Positions 61,250 through 64,000 of a stretch of 64,000 nt of DNA are shown piece after piece. The position numbers and the translations under genes were made by a program. A model generated the notes under the pieces. The model did not search any database. It had not been told where the DNA came from and saw nothing but the letters and a program-made list of their open reading frames with translations. The stretch comes from Camelus dromedarius (taxonomy: Eukaryota): the NCBI RefSeq assembly GCF_036321535.1, contig NC_087437.1, positions 56,546,001 to 56,610,000 of the forward strand, in the 5' to 3' direction. Every line of letters starts with the position of its first letter. Position 1 is the first letter of the stretch.

Positions 61250-62689
61250 TTGAGATCTATGCATTAGAAAGATAGAATATATTAAAAGAAGGAACTACAG
61301 CAGGCAAGACGTTCACTTAAAAAGTCAAGGGAACAGTCAAGATGAGGAGAAAGTACGCTTTGTCTTTATGATGTTTTGAGCATCTCTTAAAGAAGTGTGT
61401 GTGTATGTGTGGTGTGTGTGAACACTGGTTTTAAATGTGCAGAATTTTTCTAGCTATGGTATAGTACAATTAACTTTGAGTTTTGAAAACTCAGAACTGC
61501 CACTTTTTAGCTATGTAGTCATGGGAAAGTTTTATTTTAAAGATTAAATAACTGGACAGCAATTTTCTCATCTTACTTCATTTTTAAAATTCATGATTGT
61601 GTGAATTAAATGAAATTAATAATTAAACAGCATTGCATACATAGAAGCCCTGACTACAGTGTTTAGGGCACATAGACAGTAATTGTTGCTGAATAGTAGA
61701 ATGAAAGACTGGAAAGCAGCATCCATATTTTCCCATTGACTTAAAACCTTTCCAGAACTTTGTGCTGTCAAGTAACAGCAGCCTATCCGCTTGGCCATGG
61801 GTTAGAGTTGAGCACGTTAGAACATCCTTCATGTGACTCAGATACTCACACATGTAGGCAGTGTTCCATCTCGTTTTAATCATGCGCTTTCAAGATGGGT
61901 TCTTTTGTCTTCTGGTACCACAGAGCTAATCATGTTACACATACTTTGCACAATATTGTTCACAGTTTGATATCACTTCTAGAAAACTTTGACCTCTTAG
62001 CAAATAACAGTAAGTTAACAATAAGCTCTAATTTGATTCAACAACTTGCAGCGACCAGACTGCATAAGCAGAGGTGAAGCACCCAGAGCATTAGATAAAA
62101 GATCACTCTCTATTAGACGGAAGAGGGGTATGCCTTCAGTCCTGAGCGTTACCGTCCTACATTGTCTGCACAGCTGTCTTGAGCAAAAACAAAACAAAAC
62201 AAACCTTAGATTTTTTTTTTGTTTTGGTATCATTAAACACCTTGAGCTAGGATAGCTGGGTTGATACAAAGACACAATCTGGTCTTGACATTAGATAGCA
62301 TTTTCTAATGACGAAAGGTGCCAGTCAGTAGGATGGGCTGTGTTAGTGTGGAATGATTTCTGTGCCAGCAGACTCTGCTCAAGTACAATCTGGCCCACTC
62401 GTTAGGAAGGGACTGGAGGAAATGACAGCTAACTCTCAGGCCGCTGGTTTTAGTCCTGTGATCTGCACCCTCCATTCTCCTCTTTGCAGATACAGCTGTG
62501 TTACACAGTTTTGAGTGTTTTAAACAGAAAAATCACTTCATGTTGAACAGAGTCTAATGAAATTAGCACTATGTCACTGTAGGGACCTTTACATTTATTT
62601 GTATAATATTTATAACAACCCTGAGAGATATTATCTTCACAATTTTGTAATTGCTCAGTGACTGAAAAAGTGTCCATGATATACTGTTA

Positions 62690-62955
62690 ATAAAAAAAAT
62701 ACAAAATGTTATGTATAGTGTGTTACCATCATGGAAAACGGTGATTCTCCACATCTACTCACTTGTGTGTAAAACTATCCGTATGTAAACACACGTGCAC
62801 CACACGCAGATAAAAATGATCGGAACAACACACAGGAACATGGTCACTGTGGCCATATCTGGGTTAGGGATTATGAAAGCTTCTTAGTTTCTTTCTTGGA
62901 CTCTTTTGATTTTTTCTAACTTATCTACATCGATAAGCATCATTTTCAAATTCAG
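62690..62955 (+). mobile_element. L1ME-like 3' end
   Basis: tacaaaatgttatgtatagtgtgttacc...cactgtggccatatctgggttagggattatg...ttttctaacttatctaca. Confidence 0.6.
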
Positions 62956-63225
62956 AGAACAATGACTATATTGATATTTATATAGCTTTTTAGAAAAATA
63001 TATAACTCAAGGTGACACAGAGAATAAGTTAGCAGAACTTGGCAATGTTTCCTGACGCAGAAGCTGTTGAGGGAAGGGAGTTCGCCCTCACCTAAGCCCA
63101 GAATTTGGAGTTGTTTTCTATCCCACTCTTTTCCAGTCAAGTTCTACTGCCATTGATTAGAGCACAGAAGGCAGAAGAATGGCCCATTCGCTTTCATGAT
63201 GACAAATAGCAGCTTTGGTCCTTAC

Positions 63226-63395
63226 CTGGGAGGCTGTGATAACCTGGGTCTGCCTTTTGTGTGTGTCCATGGGCGGCGAGCAGGAATGCAGCATGGTGGC
63301 TGGAACCTGGCTGGGCTCCAGTTTGGCGTGTGTCTCACATTGTCTGGGGAACACTTTGTACCCGCTGAGACACACTCCTCTCCCCGGGCCTGGGG
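63226..63395 (-). other. Candidate exon containing a Kozak ATG (unidentified transcript)
   Basis: Minus strand: acceptor ttttgttttcttag| at 63396, GCCACCATG with ATG at 63294, 23 open codons, donor CCCAG|GTAAGG. Local GC/CpG enrichment. Product not recognised. Confidence 0.3.
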
Positions 63396-64000
63396 CTAAG
63401 AAAACAAAAGCTCCCGGTGCCAGGGCTACCGGCCTTATCTGTAAATCAGTTATTCTTTTTTCTTGTCTCCTCAAGAGTGCTTTGACCTGAGCTCAGAGCT
63501 TAAGCAGGCACAGCTCATCAGGTTTTCACTGGCAAGTTACAAGCCCAAGTGGATTTAGCTTCTGCTGGAACCGTGTCGGGTCATATATATGACCCACTGG
63601 TAATTAGCACTACCGAGAATATGTGTGTAGTGTGTAGTGTGTGTGTGTGCATGCACGTGTCCACACGTTTATAACTTTATGTTTATAAATGATCGTTAAT
63701 CAAAATTGTAAATGTTCTTGAGAACCTTACTAGATTGTTTCAACGTTAGCTGATTTAACCCTTTCCACGTCTCTGCATACTAGGGTGAACGTGTTAAAAA
63801 AACAAAACAGGACAATAGGACTTTATTTGTAACGTTCATTTATAGTGGAGAGGGTCATCAGTGATTTTCTGGCTCTGCTTTCACATTTAGAGAGGTGAAA
63901 ATGAAAATGATGAAGACTCGAGAGACTCTCTCAAGGTCAGAAAGCTAATTCGCTCCAGAATTAGACTAAAACCTTAATCTTCCACTTTTAATTCACTACT

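Noticed and set aside
1..64000. Prokaryotic-style systems (operons, CRISPR arrays, defence islands)
   Set aside because: This is mammalian repeat-rich DNA with no long ORFs and no regularly spaced repeat-spacer array.

Overview
AT-rich, CpG-poor mammalian genomic DNA. I recognise no protein-coding gene, so this is an intergenic region or a large intron. It is probably from a camelid (camel/alpaca/llama), based on a tRNA-Ala-derived vic-1-type SINE, cetartiodactyl-type L1 3' ends, and no ruminant (BovB/Bov-tA) or pig (PRE-1) repeats that I could see. A large share of the window is transposon relics: L1 of several ages, L2, MIR, MaLR/ERVL/ERV1 solo LTRs, a hAT (MER45-like) element with its target-site duplication (TSD), a Tigger-like MITE, and microsatellites. 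The ORFs in the track are L1 ORF1/ORF2 remnants or chance ORFs. The main leads are: (1) a minus-strand exon-like segment near 63.2-63.4 kb with a GCCACCATG start and a strong donor, next to a perfect 18-bp palindrome; (2) two adjacent ERV1 solo LTRs, one MER41-like; (3) an inverted pair of L1 ORF1 segments; (4) a TSD-flanked L1 lacking its normal 3' terminus; (5) a possible very old RTE-class LINE relic; (6) several repeat-free enhancer-like blocks. I find no evidence for a novel multi-gene system. Repeat subfamily names come from my memory of consensus sequences, not from a database search, and old-repeat boundaries are approximate.
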